This document shows positions 16,578 to 24,702 of a DNA stretch of 46,253 nt, piece by piece; positions within the stretch are counted from its first letter, which is position 1; every line of letters begins with the position of its first letter. The notes beneath the pieces are model-generated. The model worked only from the letters and a program-made list of their open reading frames with translations, was not told where the DNA came from and did no database searches. Origin of the DNA: Thermoplasmatota archaeon (GTDB lineage: Archaea > Thermoplasmatota > SW-10-69-26 > JACQPN01 > JAIVGT01); contig DASYRW010000164.1 of the NCBI GenBank assembly GCA_036003985.1, positions 1 through 46,253 of the forward strand, given 5' to 3'. The translations under genes and the position numbers were made by a program.

Positions 16578-17041
16578 GCGCCGTCTGGGATGCCAGTGTC
16601 GCCGTGCTCGCCGCGATGGACGAGCGCCACGACCCCCGGTCCGCCACAGCCAGGAGGGTCCGGTCCCTGGTGCACGGGTATTACGGCTTGGTCGCCCCAG
16701 CCCTGATGGCGTGGGAGGTCGGGAACGTCGTCCACATCAAGCTCGCGAAGCGCTTCGGGCGATCCGCGGAGGCGCGCTCCAACTTGGTGGACGCGATGCT
16801 TGACGATATCCAGTTCGCTCGTACCACTCCACCGTCGTGGCGCGCGACGGCGCGCATCGCGGAACGCTGTGGATTGTCCTTCTACGACGCGGCGTATGTG
16901 GAGGTCGCCGCACGCGATGACGTTTCCTTCGTGGTGACCGAGGACCTCCGCCTCGCGCGCGCGGCGGAACGGCTGCTTGGAAAGGGCCGCGCCTACACCA
17001 CGCAAGGCGTCGCGCAGGCCCTCGACGCGGCCGAGCTATGA
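16574..17041 (+). CDS. vapC: PIN-domain ribonuclease toxin VapC
   Basis: Acidic PIN residues are in the expected spacing: VWDASV (N-terminal Asp), WEVGNV, SFYDAAYVEVA, and VVTEDLRL. The TTG start overlaps the vapB stop. Confidence 0.8.
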   Translation: MSAVWDASVAVLAAMDERHDPRSATARRVRSLVHGYYGLVAPALMAWEVGNVVHIKLAKRFGRSAEARSNLVDAMLDDIQFARTTPPSWRATARIAERCGLSFYDAAYVEVAARDDVSFVVTEDLRLARAAERLLGKGRAYTTQGVAQALDAAEL

Positions 17042-17338
17042 CGTCGCAGGCCTCCACCCCGCGACCTGCAGCTGCGCCTCGCGCGCGCTCTCCCAGATCG
17101 CGCGCTCGAGCACCGCGCCGTTGCCGAACCAGCCGGTCTTGAGCTTGGCCACCACCTGGATCCCCCAGTCGTGGTAGACGAGCTTCACGTACGCGCGCGC
17201 GCCCCCGCGCGCGACGCTGAAGTCGTGCACTTGTGCGGGGCCCGTGGCGAACCCGCGGCGCTCCAGCGAGGCCCGCATGCGGCGCGCGAACTCGTCGAGG
17301 GGCGCGTCGCAGTCGAAGACCCACTGCGCGTAGCGCAC
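17036..17338 (-). CDS. Hypothetical protein (100 aa)
   Basis: Clean ORF with G/C-biased third positions. Its last ~14 codons are direct-repeat copy B. It is convergent with vapC and overlaps it by 6 nt. Confidence 0.5.
   Translation of the reverse strand: MRYAQWVFDCDAPLDEFARRMRASLERRGFATGPAQVHDFSVARGGARAYVKLVYHDWGIQVVAKLKTGWFGNGAVLERAIWESAREAQLQVAGWRPATS
17049..17090 (+). repeat. Direct repeat copy B (inside the 3' end of the 100-aa ORF)
   Basis: GGCCTCCACCCCGCGACCTGCAGCTGCGCCTCGCGCGCGCTC matches copy A at 39/42 positions, in the same orientation, 809 bp downstream. Confidence 0.7.
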
Positions 17339-17439
17339 GCGCCCGCACGGCGGCGCGGCGTCTTGAAGGCCTCGGCGCGCACGCTCTCCAGCAAGCTTCT
17401 AAGAGCCCTGTCCAGGGTAGGCAGCCGGGAGGCACCCCT

Positions 17440-17829
17440 GTGCAGAAGATCCTCGTTGCGCTGCTCGCCGTCGGCCTTGCCGTCTTGACCGCCCCCGTCG
17501 CCCTCGCTGGCGTCGCCACGCCTGGCACGCCGGTGGGGGAGGACTGCGTCCTCGTCGACACCGACAGCTGCTCCACCGGCGGCGCAGTGTTCACCGTCGG
17601 CCAGTACGTCATGGGCGTGAGCGGCCAGTTCACCGGCACGATCACCATGACCATCGCCGGCGGCAGCGCCGTGCGCACCCAGACGTGCACCGGCACGCTC
17701 TACGGCGCCGTCATGTTTCCCGGTGGCTGCTCCTCGACGGGCGCGTTCCCGCCCGCGGGCGTCTCGATCAGCATGAGCTGCAGCGCGTCGGGCAGCGGCC
17801 TTGTGGCCTGCGCGGTCAACGGCGTCTGA
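17440..17829 (+). CDS. Small secreted six-Cys protein (distant member of the 44331/44855 family)
   Basis: GTG 17440 is preceded by GGGAGG 8 nt upstream. The signal peptide is QKILVALLAVGLAVLTAPVALAG. Shared family motifs are SCSTGG, FTGTI...GG..V...C, and GSG...C near the C-terminus. Confidence 0.55.
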   Translation: MQKILVALLAVGLAVLTAPVALAGVATPGTPVGEDCVLVDTDSCSTGGAVFTVGQYVMGVSGQFTGTITMTIAGGSAVRTQTCTGTLYGAVMFPGGCSSTGAFPPAGVSISMSCSASGSGLVACAVNGV

Positions 17830-18061
17830 GCCGGCCCGCGAGGCCTAGGCGCCAGCACCGCGGCCGCCTCCAGCCCTGCACGCGAGCCCGCTCAGCGCGG
17901 CGAGCGCAGCGTCGCGGTGGGGCTGCAGCATGGCGAAGAGCAGCAGGGCCGGGGCCGCGACGCCCCACGCGAGCACCAGCATGAGCGGGAGCACGTCGCG
18001 CAGGCGCAAGGCCATGGGCGCGCGACTCAGCCGCCCGCGATCAGGGTTCCGGATCGTTCCC

Positions 18062-18409
18062 TCACGGCCAGCACGGGATGTTCTCCTCGAGGGAGCCGTG
18101 CGTGTAGTAGAACAAGATATGATATTCCGTGACCTGCACGTCCGTCCTGACGACGTGGTGCTCGAAGGTCGGACCGGTGCCCGAGGCAGCGGTCTCGTGG
18201 ATGCCGCCGTCCTCCACCCACCACGCGTAGAAGTCCCACCACAGCGGGCCGAGGGAGACCTCGGTGGCCACGACGCTGATGGCGAATACGCCCGGTTCGC
18301 AAACCACGGTCACGCAGTTGGAACCGACGAGGCCTCCCCCGCACGCCGAGGCGGGCGTGGCGATCAGCACCGGAGTCAGCACGAGCAGCCCGACCAGCAC
18401 GCCGCGCAT
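18062..18409 (-). CDS. Putative lipoprotein (115 aa)
   Basis: ATG 18407-18409 gives MRGVLVGLLVLTPVLIATPASAC, a lipobox-like sequence. A TATA-like CCTTCAAAG on the minus strand lies about 28 nt upstream. It is the only credible part of the 478-aa shadow ORF. Confidence 0.55.
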   Translation of the reverse strand: MRGVLVGLLVLTPVLIATPASACGGGLVGSNCVTVVCEPGVFAISVVATEVSLGPLWWDFYAWWVEDGGIHETAASGTGPTFEHHVVRTDVQVTEYHILFYYTHGSLEENIPCWP

Positions 18410-18508
18410 GGGCGCATCGACGACCGTGGGAGGCTTTGAAGGTTCCTGGCAGCTCAGCGAAGCCCCAGGTTCCGCAACGATGATGCGCCCACGCTCCTTG
18501 GCGAGGCC

Positions 18509-19576
18509 GTGGCGGAGGACCCGCTGCAGCTCGTGCCGTGGCCCCTCGTGCTGGCTGGGGCAAGCATCCTCGTGGTGCTGCTGTTCTTCCGCCGGCGCGC
18601 CGACGTGTTCCGCGGCCTGGCGATGAGCCGCGCCGAGCTCGCGATCCTGTGCCTCGGGCCCGTCGCGGGGCTGTCGGTCAACATCCCGCTGTACCAGGCG
18701 GGCGGTGGCGTGCTGGCCGTGAACCTCGGCGGCGCGCTCCTGCCCCTGCTCATGACAGCACTGTGGCTGCGCCGCGGCCGGCTCGACGCGTTCCTCGCCC
18801 TCGCGGGCACGCTCGTGGTGAGCGGCATCGCGAAGGTGATCGTGACCTTCGATCCCGAGACCGGCATCTACACGACCTTCCCCGCCCTCTTCGCGCCCTC
18901 GCTCGTCGCGCTCGCCTTCGCCATGGCGATGACCGTGGGCAAGCCCTTGCGCGCCGTGCCCCTGGCCTACACCGCAGGCAGCATGGGCGCGCTGCTCGGC
19001 GCGGACCTCTACAACCTCGCGCCGATCCTGGAATCCCTTGGCTCGTCGGGGGTCGGCGTGGTCAGCATCGGCGGCGCGGGCGTGTTCGACATGGTCTACC
19101 TGGCCGGCATGGTGGCCATGGCCGGCGCGCTCCTGCTCGCGGTGGCGATGCAGCCGCGTCTGGACGCGGCCGACGGCATCGCGTACCCGCCAGCCCTCGA
19201 ACGCACGCCCGAGCCTGCGCTCGTGTGGGCGCGCTACCAGGCCCTGGCCGATCCCAACGCCCGCGAGCGCGCGCTCGCAGCGCTGGCCCTCAGCGACCTG
19301 CACCTGCGGCGCCGCGACTACGCGCGCGCGCTGGCGCACAGCGTGCTGGCGGTCGATGCGCTCCTCGCGGACCCACGCGTGCTCGAGCGCGTGCGCGAGC
19401 AGGCGAGCCCCGCGCTGCGCCGCGACCTCGAGGCCCTGCAGGCCGCGCACCGCGCTTCCGCGCCGTGGCAGCGCCGCGCGGCGGGCAACGCGAACCACGC
19501 CGCCAAGCTCGCGGTCGCGGCCCTCGCGCCGCTGACGCTGCTGCCCTCGCGCCTCGGCTCGGGGGGAAGCCCGTGA
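18509..19576 (+). CDS. DUF1614-family integral membrane protein with a ~140-aa helical C-terminal extension
   Basis: The motifs VNLGGALLPLLMTALWL and SIGGAGVFDMVYLAG match my recollection of DUF1614. GTG start. The stop overlaps the next gene's start (GTGA). Confidence 0.7.
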   Translation: MAEDPLQLVPWPLVLAGASILVVLLFFRRRADVFRGLAMSRAELAILCLGPVAGLSVNIPLYQAGGGVLAVNLGGALLPLLMTALWLRRGRLDAFLALAGTLVVSGIAKVIVTFDPETGIYTTFPALFAPSLVALAFAMAMTVGKPLRAVPLAYTAGSMGALLGADLYNLAPILESLGSSGVGVVSIGGAGVFDMVYLAGMVAMAGALLLAVAMQPRLDAADGIAYPPALERTPEPALVWARYQALADPNARERALAALALSDLHLRRRDYARALAHSVLAVDALLADPRVLERVREQASPALRRDLEALQAAHRASAPWQRRAAGNANHAAKLAVAALAPLTLLPSRLGSGGSP

Positions 19577-20196
19577 TCCCGCCCCAGCGCGCGGCGTTCG
19601 AGCGCGTGCGCCCGCCGCTGCCCCTGGCCCCGCCGCAGCCGCCGCCGGCGTTCAGCTTCCAGCTGCTGCCGCCCGCGACCGCGGCGCTCGGCCGCCGCGC
19701 CGCGGCGTACATGCTGGACTTCCTCCTGCTGGGCATCGCGGTGGTGGTCCTCGCGATCGGCGCCGCGGTGGCGACGCTGCTGCAGCCCGGCGAGGTGACG
19801 CCCGAGCGCCTCGGCGCGGCGATGCTGCCCGTGCTGCTGCTGGCGCTGCCGCTGTTCCTCGGGTACTTCACGGTCCTCGAAGGCCTGTGGGGCCGCACCC
19901 TCGGCAAGGCCGCGCTCGGGCTGCGCGTGCGCCGGCTCGACGGCGCGCCCCTGACCATGTACGACAGCTTCGTGCGCAACCTGCTGCGCCTGCTCTGGGG
20001 CCCGAGCCTGCCGAGCGTGGCCCTGCTGCTCCTCGGCAACCTCGTGCTCGCCTCGCTCGGCCGCGACCTCATCGTGGACGTGCTCGCGCTGGTCGCGCTG
20101 GCGTTCCTGCTCGTGGACCTGTGGCTCGTCAGCAGCACCGAGATGGAGCAGCGCCTCGGCGACCTGGCGGCGGGGACCGTGGTGGTCGACGGATAG
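19573..20196 (+). CDS. RDD-family membrane protein
   Basis: RRAAAYMLDFLLLGI, WGRTLGKAALGLRV.RLDG, and the C-terminal QRLGDLAAGTVVV form the RDD domain pattern. GTG 19573 is preceded by GGGGGGA. Confidence 0.8.
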   Translation: MIPPQRAAFERVRPPLPLAPPQPPPAFSFQLLPPATAALGRRAAAYMLDFLLLGIAVVVLAIGAAVATLLQPGEVTPERLGAAMLPVLLLALPLFLGYFTVLEGLWGRTLGKAALGLRVRRLDGAPLTMYDSFVRNLLRLLWGPSLPSVALLLLGNLVLASLGRDLIVDVLALVALAFLLVDLWLVSSTEMEQRLGDLAAGTVVVDG

Positions 20197-20250
20197 GCGG
20201 GCGCCGGCGGCACCGCTACCCTTTTGCCCCCGCCGCGCTTCGCCGGGCCC

Positions 20251-21207
20251 ATGCGTCCGCTGACCGTCGGCGCGCTCGGGGACCTCGAGTGGGCCAAGGC
20301 GCTCGGCAAGAAGAGCACCGAGTCCGACATCCTGCTCGCGTCGTTCCGCGAAGGCGACGTGCTGTGCTCGCTCGTGATCCCGATCCGCTACCCGGAGAAG
20401 CCCCAGTGCCTCGCCTACGCCGTGCAGAGCGCCGACGCGCTGCTGCTGGTCGTGAGCGCGCTCACCAAGGAGGTCGGCGAGTCGATCCTCGCCGCGGACG
20501 CGTCCGGCGTGGGCCAGGGGCTGATCGTGGTGCGCGGCGCCATGCAGGCCGAGCAGCTCGCACCGCTGCTCAAAGGCACGGCCCTCGCGGCGTGGCCCAC
20601 GCTCACAGACGACCGCGTGCCGACGGTGCGCGCGAAGCTCGCGGAGTTCGAGGCCGAGGCGCGGCGCGGGCCGGTGCGCGTGCCCGTGGACCACCACTTC
20701 GACGTGAAGGGCGTGGGGCCGGTCGTGCTGGGCTTCGTCAAGCAGGGCGAGCCGCGCAAGCACGACACCTACCAGATCTACCCGAGCGGCAAGACGTGCC
20801 AGGTGCGCTCCATCCAAGTGCACGACGAGGACGTGGACCAAGCCCAGATCGGCGACCACGTCGGCTTGGCGCTCAAGGGCTGCACCACCCAGGACCTGGA
20901 CCGCGGCTTCGTGCTCGCGCCGGAGGGAACGATGGAAGGCCGCGCGGCCGACGCCAGGGTGCGGCTTCGCGTGCACGTGAGCAAGTTCTTCAAGGCCGGC
21001 GTGAAGACGGAGGGCATCTACCACCTCGCGATCGGCATGCAGTTCGTGCCGATGCGCATCACGAGCGGCCAGGCCAGCGCCGGCCAGGACGCCAGCATGG
21101 AGGCGCAGCTGCAGAAGCCCCTCGCCTTCGAGAAGGGCCAGCGCGGCGTGCTGTTCGGGCTGGACCACAGCCCCCGGGTGGTGGGCAGCGCCGTCGTCGA
21201 GGGCTAG
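20251..21207 (+). CDS. EF-Tu/EF-1alpha-like protein with degenerate G domain (putative pseudo-GTPase)
   Basis: Domain-2 signature: VRVPVDHHFDVKGVGPVVLGFVKQGEPRKHDTYQIYPSGKTCQVRSIQVHDEDVDQAQIGDHVGLALKG...LDRGFVLA. The N-domain aligns by eye to a G domain but lacks the P-loop, DxPGH and NKxD motifs. ATG 20251 lies about 27 nt after CTTTTG. Confidence 0.7.
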   Translation: MRPLTVGALGDLEWAKALGKKSTESDILLASFREGDVLCSLVIPIRYPEKPQCLAYAVQSADALLLVVSALTKEVGESILAADASGVGQGLIVVRGAMQAEQLAPLLKGTALAAWPTLTDDRVPTVRAKLAEFEAEARRGPVRVPVDHHFDVKGVGPVVLGFVKQGEPRKHDTYQIYPSGKTCQVRSIQVHDEDVDQAQIGDHVGLALKGCTTQDLDRGFVLAPEGTMEGRAADARVRLRVHVSKFFKAGVKTEGIYHLAIGMQFVPMRITSGQASAGQDASMEAQLQKPLAFEKGQRGVLFGLDHSPRVVGSAVVEG

Positions 21208-21300
21208 GCCGGGACGCGTCCGCGCGCCGGCGGGCCGCCACCGATACGCGCTGAGCAAATCCTTCATGTGCCCCGCCGCGACCCGAGGGCCGGGAAGGCT

Positions 21301-22290
21301 ATGACCAAGGCAGGCACGCTCGCGGCCGTTGCGCTCGTCGGACTCACCCTCGCGTCGGGGATGGCGCTCGGCGACGTCCTTCCGCCCCTGCCGCCGGCGC
21401 CGACGCTGCCGGAATTCCCCGCGATCCCGGCGATCCCGGTGCCCGACCTGCCCGTCGAGTACGAGGCCTGCGTCGCGATGGCCAACGAGCTCGGCGGGGC
21501 GAGCGGCCAGGCCATGACCGTCCTGCGCGACGGCAGCGTGGGCGCCTTCGAGCACCAGAGCATCGAGGCCCAGGACTACGCGAACGACGCGAGCAGCGCG
21601 CTCGCCCTCGACGATGCGGCCTCGCAGGCTGCGGACCTCTACGCCGCCGGCGTGTACACGTCGTACTACACCTTCGGGGACATCGACCGCGCCGTGAACT
21701 TCACCCGCGACGGCCTCGCCCCCGCGACGGACCAGACGCTGAACGGCACCGCGAACGCGACCAACGCCATCGCCACCGGCACCGCGAGCGTCGCCAACAG
21801 CACCGCCGGCTGGAGCCAGCAGTCGTTCGCGCGCGACTGGCCCACGGTCTACCACCTGGCGAACGGCACCTACAACGACCTGACCGAGGGCGGCGACTAC
21901 TTCCAGCGCTCGGTGGACTGGGTCGCCTTCGTCCGCGCCGGCCCCGCGCCGCCGGTCGATGAAATGTACGCCAGCATGGCCCAGGCCCAGGCGGACGCGA
22001 CCGACGCGGCCATGGGCGCGTACGGCGTCCCGGTCGTCCTCGCGACCGCCTTCGAGATGGCCTTCGGCAGCGCCAACGGCTACCTCGGCCAGGTCGCGGG
22101 CCTCGCGGTCCACGTCGCCCCGCCCGGCGAGCTCGCGGGCATGACCTCGGAGCGCGCGGGCGGCATGACCGCGCAGGCCCAGGAGGACTTCGGCGCCATC
22201 GCGACAAGCCTCGACGGCACCGGCACGTTCGCCAAGGCCTGGACCCTCAGCCTGCCTTCGCGCGCCCCCGGCTGCGCGCACGTCGGCTGA
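21301..22290 (+). CDS. Secreted hypothetical protein with several N-glycosylation sequons
   Basis: The signal peptide is MTKAGTLAAVALVGLTLASGMALG. A Pro-rich linker follows, then sequons NGT, NAT, NST and NGT. GGGAAGG lies upstream of ATG 21301. Confidence 0.6.
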   Translation: MTKAGTLAAVALVGLTLASGMALGDVLPPLPPAPTLPEFPAIPAIPVPDLPVEYEACVAMANELGGASGQAMTVLRDGSVGAFEHQSIEAQDYANDASSALALDDAASQAADLYAAGVYTSYYTFGDIDRAVNFTRDGLAPATDQTLNGTANATNAIATGTASVANSTAGWSQQSFARDWPTVYHLANGTYNDLTEGGDYFQRSVDWVAFVRAGPAPPVDEMYASMAQAQADATDAAMGAYGVPVVLATAFEMAFGSANGYLGQVAGLAVHVAPPGELAGMTSERAGGMTAQAQEDFGAIATSLDGTGTFAKAWTLSLPSRAPGCAHVG

Positions 22291-22310
22291 TGACACCTTT
22301 CCGGCGGCCC

Positions 22311-22352
22311 GCCTCGTTTTCGGCTGGCTGCCGGACCGTTGGTATGTTTCTT
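22311..22352 (+). terminator. T-run region downstream of the 21301-22290 gene (candidate archaeal terminator)
   Basis: CCTCGTTTTCGG and TATGTTTCTTGG are oligo-T tracts in an otherwise GC-rich context, 20-60 nt after the stop. Confidence 0.3.
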
Positions 22353-22388
22353 GGCACTTCTTCAGAAGCTGGGCGCCATCACGCCGTC

Positions 22389-22404
22389 TTGACGAACAGG
22401 TCAA
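22389..22404. promoter_or_regulatory. Inverted repeat TTGAC-N6-GTCAA upstream of the membrane-anchored regulator gene
   Basis: Read directly. It lies about 20 nt upstream of the TATA box at 22421. Its half-sites are the same pentamers as in the 9234-9248 palindrome, but in the opposite arrangement. Confidence 0.35.
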
Positions 22405-22420
22405 CGACCTGGCGACCGCC

Positions 22421-22427
22421 TATTTAA
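22421..22427 (+). promoter_or_regulatory. TATA box TATTTAA
   Basis: This is the best match to the archaeal TATA consensus in the window. It sits in a locally AT-rich gap upstream of the 22470/22515 start codons. Confidence 0.5.
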
Positions 22428-22514
22428 CCAGCGCGCCTACGCCCCTCCTCCCCAGGCCGATCCGCCCAAATGGGGGGAAGGGCCAAGTCTCGCCGGGGGC
22501 CGGTGAGGCGGACC

Positions 22515-23738
22515 ATGCGTGTCGTGCGGGGCTTGGGCGGGCTTGGCTTGTTGATGCTTCTCATCGCCAGCGCGGGCGCGCAGGCGTGGTCGGTCGAAGG
22601 GCTCGTCGATGCCCCGCTCGACCTCGTGACCGCGCCCCTCGACGGGCTCGCGGACGCTCCGGATGCGCCCGCGACCTTGACCGACGCCGCGGAGGCGCCG
22701 CTCGCCGCCGACCTGCGGCCTGCGCCCGACGTGGACGCGCCGGATGCACCCGATGCGACCGCGCCCGATGTGGGCGCACCCGATGCCGCGGAGCCGGCCA
22801 ACGGCCTCCTGCCCGCGCTCGGGATCGCGCCGCTCGCGCCCGTCGCCATCGCGCCGGTCGCGCCCGAGCAGCAGCAGCCCGTCCCCGGCATCGGCACCGT
22901 GCCCGGTGTTCCCGGCGCAGGCGGCCTGCCCAGCCCCGGAAGTGGGGCCGCCACCCCGGGCGCGAGCGCCCCCGGCCTCGGCGACCCTGGCGCCGCGCTC
23001 GGCTCCCAGACCGTCGCGGCCGACATGGACAGGCGCCAGGGCCTCGGCCCTGCCTTCGAAGACTGGGCCGCGGACGCCTTCGCGGGCTCGAGCGCATGGC
23101 TCGGCGTGCCGAGCGAGGTCGGCGACGCCGTCGCCGGCAGCCTCGCGCTGGTCATCAGCGGCCTCGCGACCATCGCAGCAGGCTTGCTGGGCTTCCGCCA
23201 CGTGCACAAGGACAACCTCCTCGAGAACACCTTCCGGCACCAGCTCCTCGCGCTGATCCGCGCGAGCCCCGGCCTGCACCTCCGCGAGATCTCGCGCCGC
23301 CTCGGCACCACCGCCACCAACGCGGCCTACCACCTCCGCGTCCTGGAGAAGCACGGCCTCGTGCGCAGCGAGCACCTGAACGGCAAGCGCGTGTTCATGC
23401 CGCCGGCGGGCCGCGAGGCCCACCGCCGCGACCTCGCGCGCTCCGTGCTCCACACCGGCACCCGCGCCGCCATCCTCCGCGCCATCGCGGACCGCCCCGG
23501 CAGCAACCAGAGCGCCCTCGCGACCCGCACCGCGCAGCACCAGGGCGCCGTCTGCTGGCACTTGCGCCAGCTGATGGCCGCCGGGCTCGTGGAGGAGGAG
23601 CGCACCCCGCGTGAGTGCCGCTACCGGATCACCGCCCTGGGCGCGGAGCTCGCCGCCCCGCAGGCTCCCGCCCAGGTCGCCCTCATCCTGCCCGCCGCCG
23701 CGGCCGCGCCGACCCACGCGGCGGCCATGGGCGCCTGA
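22515..23738 (+). CDS. Membrane-anchored transcription regulator: signal/extracellular Pro-Ala-Asp-rich region, one TM helix, two cytoplasmic winged-helix domains
   Basis: MRVVRGLGGLGLLMLLIASAGAQA is followed by a low-complexity DAPDAP-type region. The TM helix is VAGSLALVISGLATIAAGLLGF. wHTH 1 is LIRASPGLHLREISRRLGTTATNAAYHLRVLEKHGLV and wHTH 2 is ILRAIADRPGSNQSALATRTAQHQGAVCWHLRQLMAAGLV. GGTGAGG precedes ATG 22515, and ATG 22470 is an alternative. Confidence 0.75.
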   Translation: MRVVRGLGGLGLLMLLIASAGAQAWSVEGLVDAPLDLVTAPLDGLADAPDAPATLTDAAEAPLAADLRPAPDVDAPDAPDATAPDVGAPDAAEPANGLLPALGIAPLAPVAIAPVAPEQQQPVPGIGTVPGVPGAGGLPSPGSGAATPGASAPGLGDPGAALGSQTVAADMDRRQGLGPAFEDWAADAFAGSSAWLGVPSEVGDAVAGSLALVISGLATIAAGLLGFRHVHKDNLLENTFRHQLLALIRASPGLHLREISRRLGTTATNAAYHLRVLEKHGLVRSEHLNGKRVFMPPAGREAHRRDLARSVLHTGTRAAILRAIADRPGSNQSALATRTAQHQGAVCWHLRQLMAAGLVEEERTPRECRYRITALGAELAAPQAPAQVALILPAAAAAPTHAAAMGA

Positions 23739-23873
23739 TCCAGGCTTGAATCCACGGGCTGGGGGCGCGATCCCCGGCCCTCGATTTCTCTTGAGCACGC
23801 CGCACCTACGTATGGTCGGGAGAGGCTCACCCTGCGCCGCACCCCCCGACGACCACGCCCGCGCCGGCGCGCG

Positions 23874-24641
23874 ATGCGCGCGCTCGGCTGGATCGCCTTG
23901 GCCGCGCTCGCCGCGCTGCTCGCGATGCTGGCCCCGCCGGGGCTCGCCGCCGTGGCGTTCCTCGCCGACGCCGAGCCCGGCGCGGACGTCGCGCCGGCCG
24001 TGCGCGACGCGCTCCTCGCGCTGCCCCCCGAGGCGGAGCGCGCGCTGCGCGAGGTCGCGCGGATGGCGCCCGAGCTCCAGGCGCACGCCCAAACACTGGT
24101 GCTGAGCGGCCTCGCCACCCTCGGGGCGGGCTTGCTGGGCTTCCGGTTCGTGCACCGCGACAACGTCCTTGAGCACACGTTCCGCCACGAGATGGTGGCG
24201 CTCGTGCGCGCCGACCCGGGCCTGCACCTGCGCGAGATCGCGCGCCGGCTCGACACCACGACGAGCAACGCGGCCTACCACCTGCGCGTGCTGCAGAAGC
24301 ACGGCCTCGTGCGCGGCGAGCACGTGAACGGCAAGCTGGTGTTCGTCCCCGCTGCGGGCCGCGAGGAGCAGCGCAGGCACGTCGCGGGCGCGCTGCTGCA
24401 CGCGCGCACGCGCGCGAGCATCGTGGCCGAGCTGTCCGCGCGGCCCGGCGCGAGCCAGAGCGCCCTTGCGACGCTGACCCACCAGCGCCAGAGCGCCGTC
24501 GCGTGGCACCTCCGGCAGCTGGTCGCCGCGGGCCTGGTCGAGGAGCACCGCGGGGCCCGGGCCTTCGCGTACCGCCTCACGCCGCTCGGCCAGGAGCTGA
24601 CCCGCGCCGGGGCCTCGGTGCCCGTCGCGGCGAGGCTTTGA
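23874..24641 (+). CDS. Paralogous membrane-anchored double winged-helix regulator (short ectodomain)
   Basis: It has the same architecture and clearly similar sequence from the TM helix onward (LVLSGLATLGAGLLGFRFVHRDNVLEHTFRHEMVALVRADPGLHLREIARRL...). The N-terminal exposed part is only about 60 aa. Confidence 0.75.
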   Translation: MRALGWIALAALAALLAMLAPPGLAAVAFLADAEPGADVAPAVRDALLALPPEAERALREVARMAPELQAHAQTLVLSGLATLGAGLLGFRFVHRDNVLEHTFRHEMVALVRADPGLHLREIARRLDTTTSNAAYHLRVLQKHGLVRGEHVNGKLVFVPAAGREEQRRHVAGALLHARTRASIVAELSARPGASQSALATLTHQRQSAVAWHLRQLVAAGLVEEHRGARAFAYRLTPLGQELTRAGASVPVAARL

Positions 24642-24702
24642 ATCTATTCGAGGTGTGCAACAAGGGCCTAGACCCCCGCGGCGAGAAGGAAGCGTGGTTG
24701 TT

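Noticed and set aside
19318-22404. 1028-aa minus-strand ORF
   Set aside because: It is antisense to four plus-strand genes with recognisable domains (DUF1614, RDD, EF-Tu-like, secreted protein) and has shadow-ORF composition.
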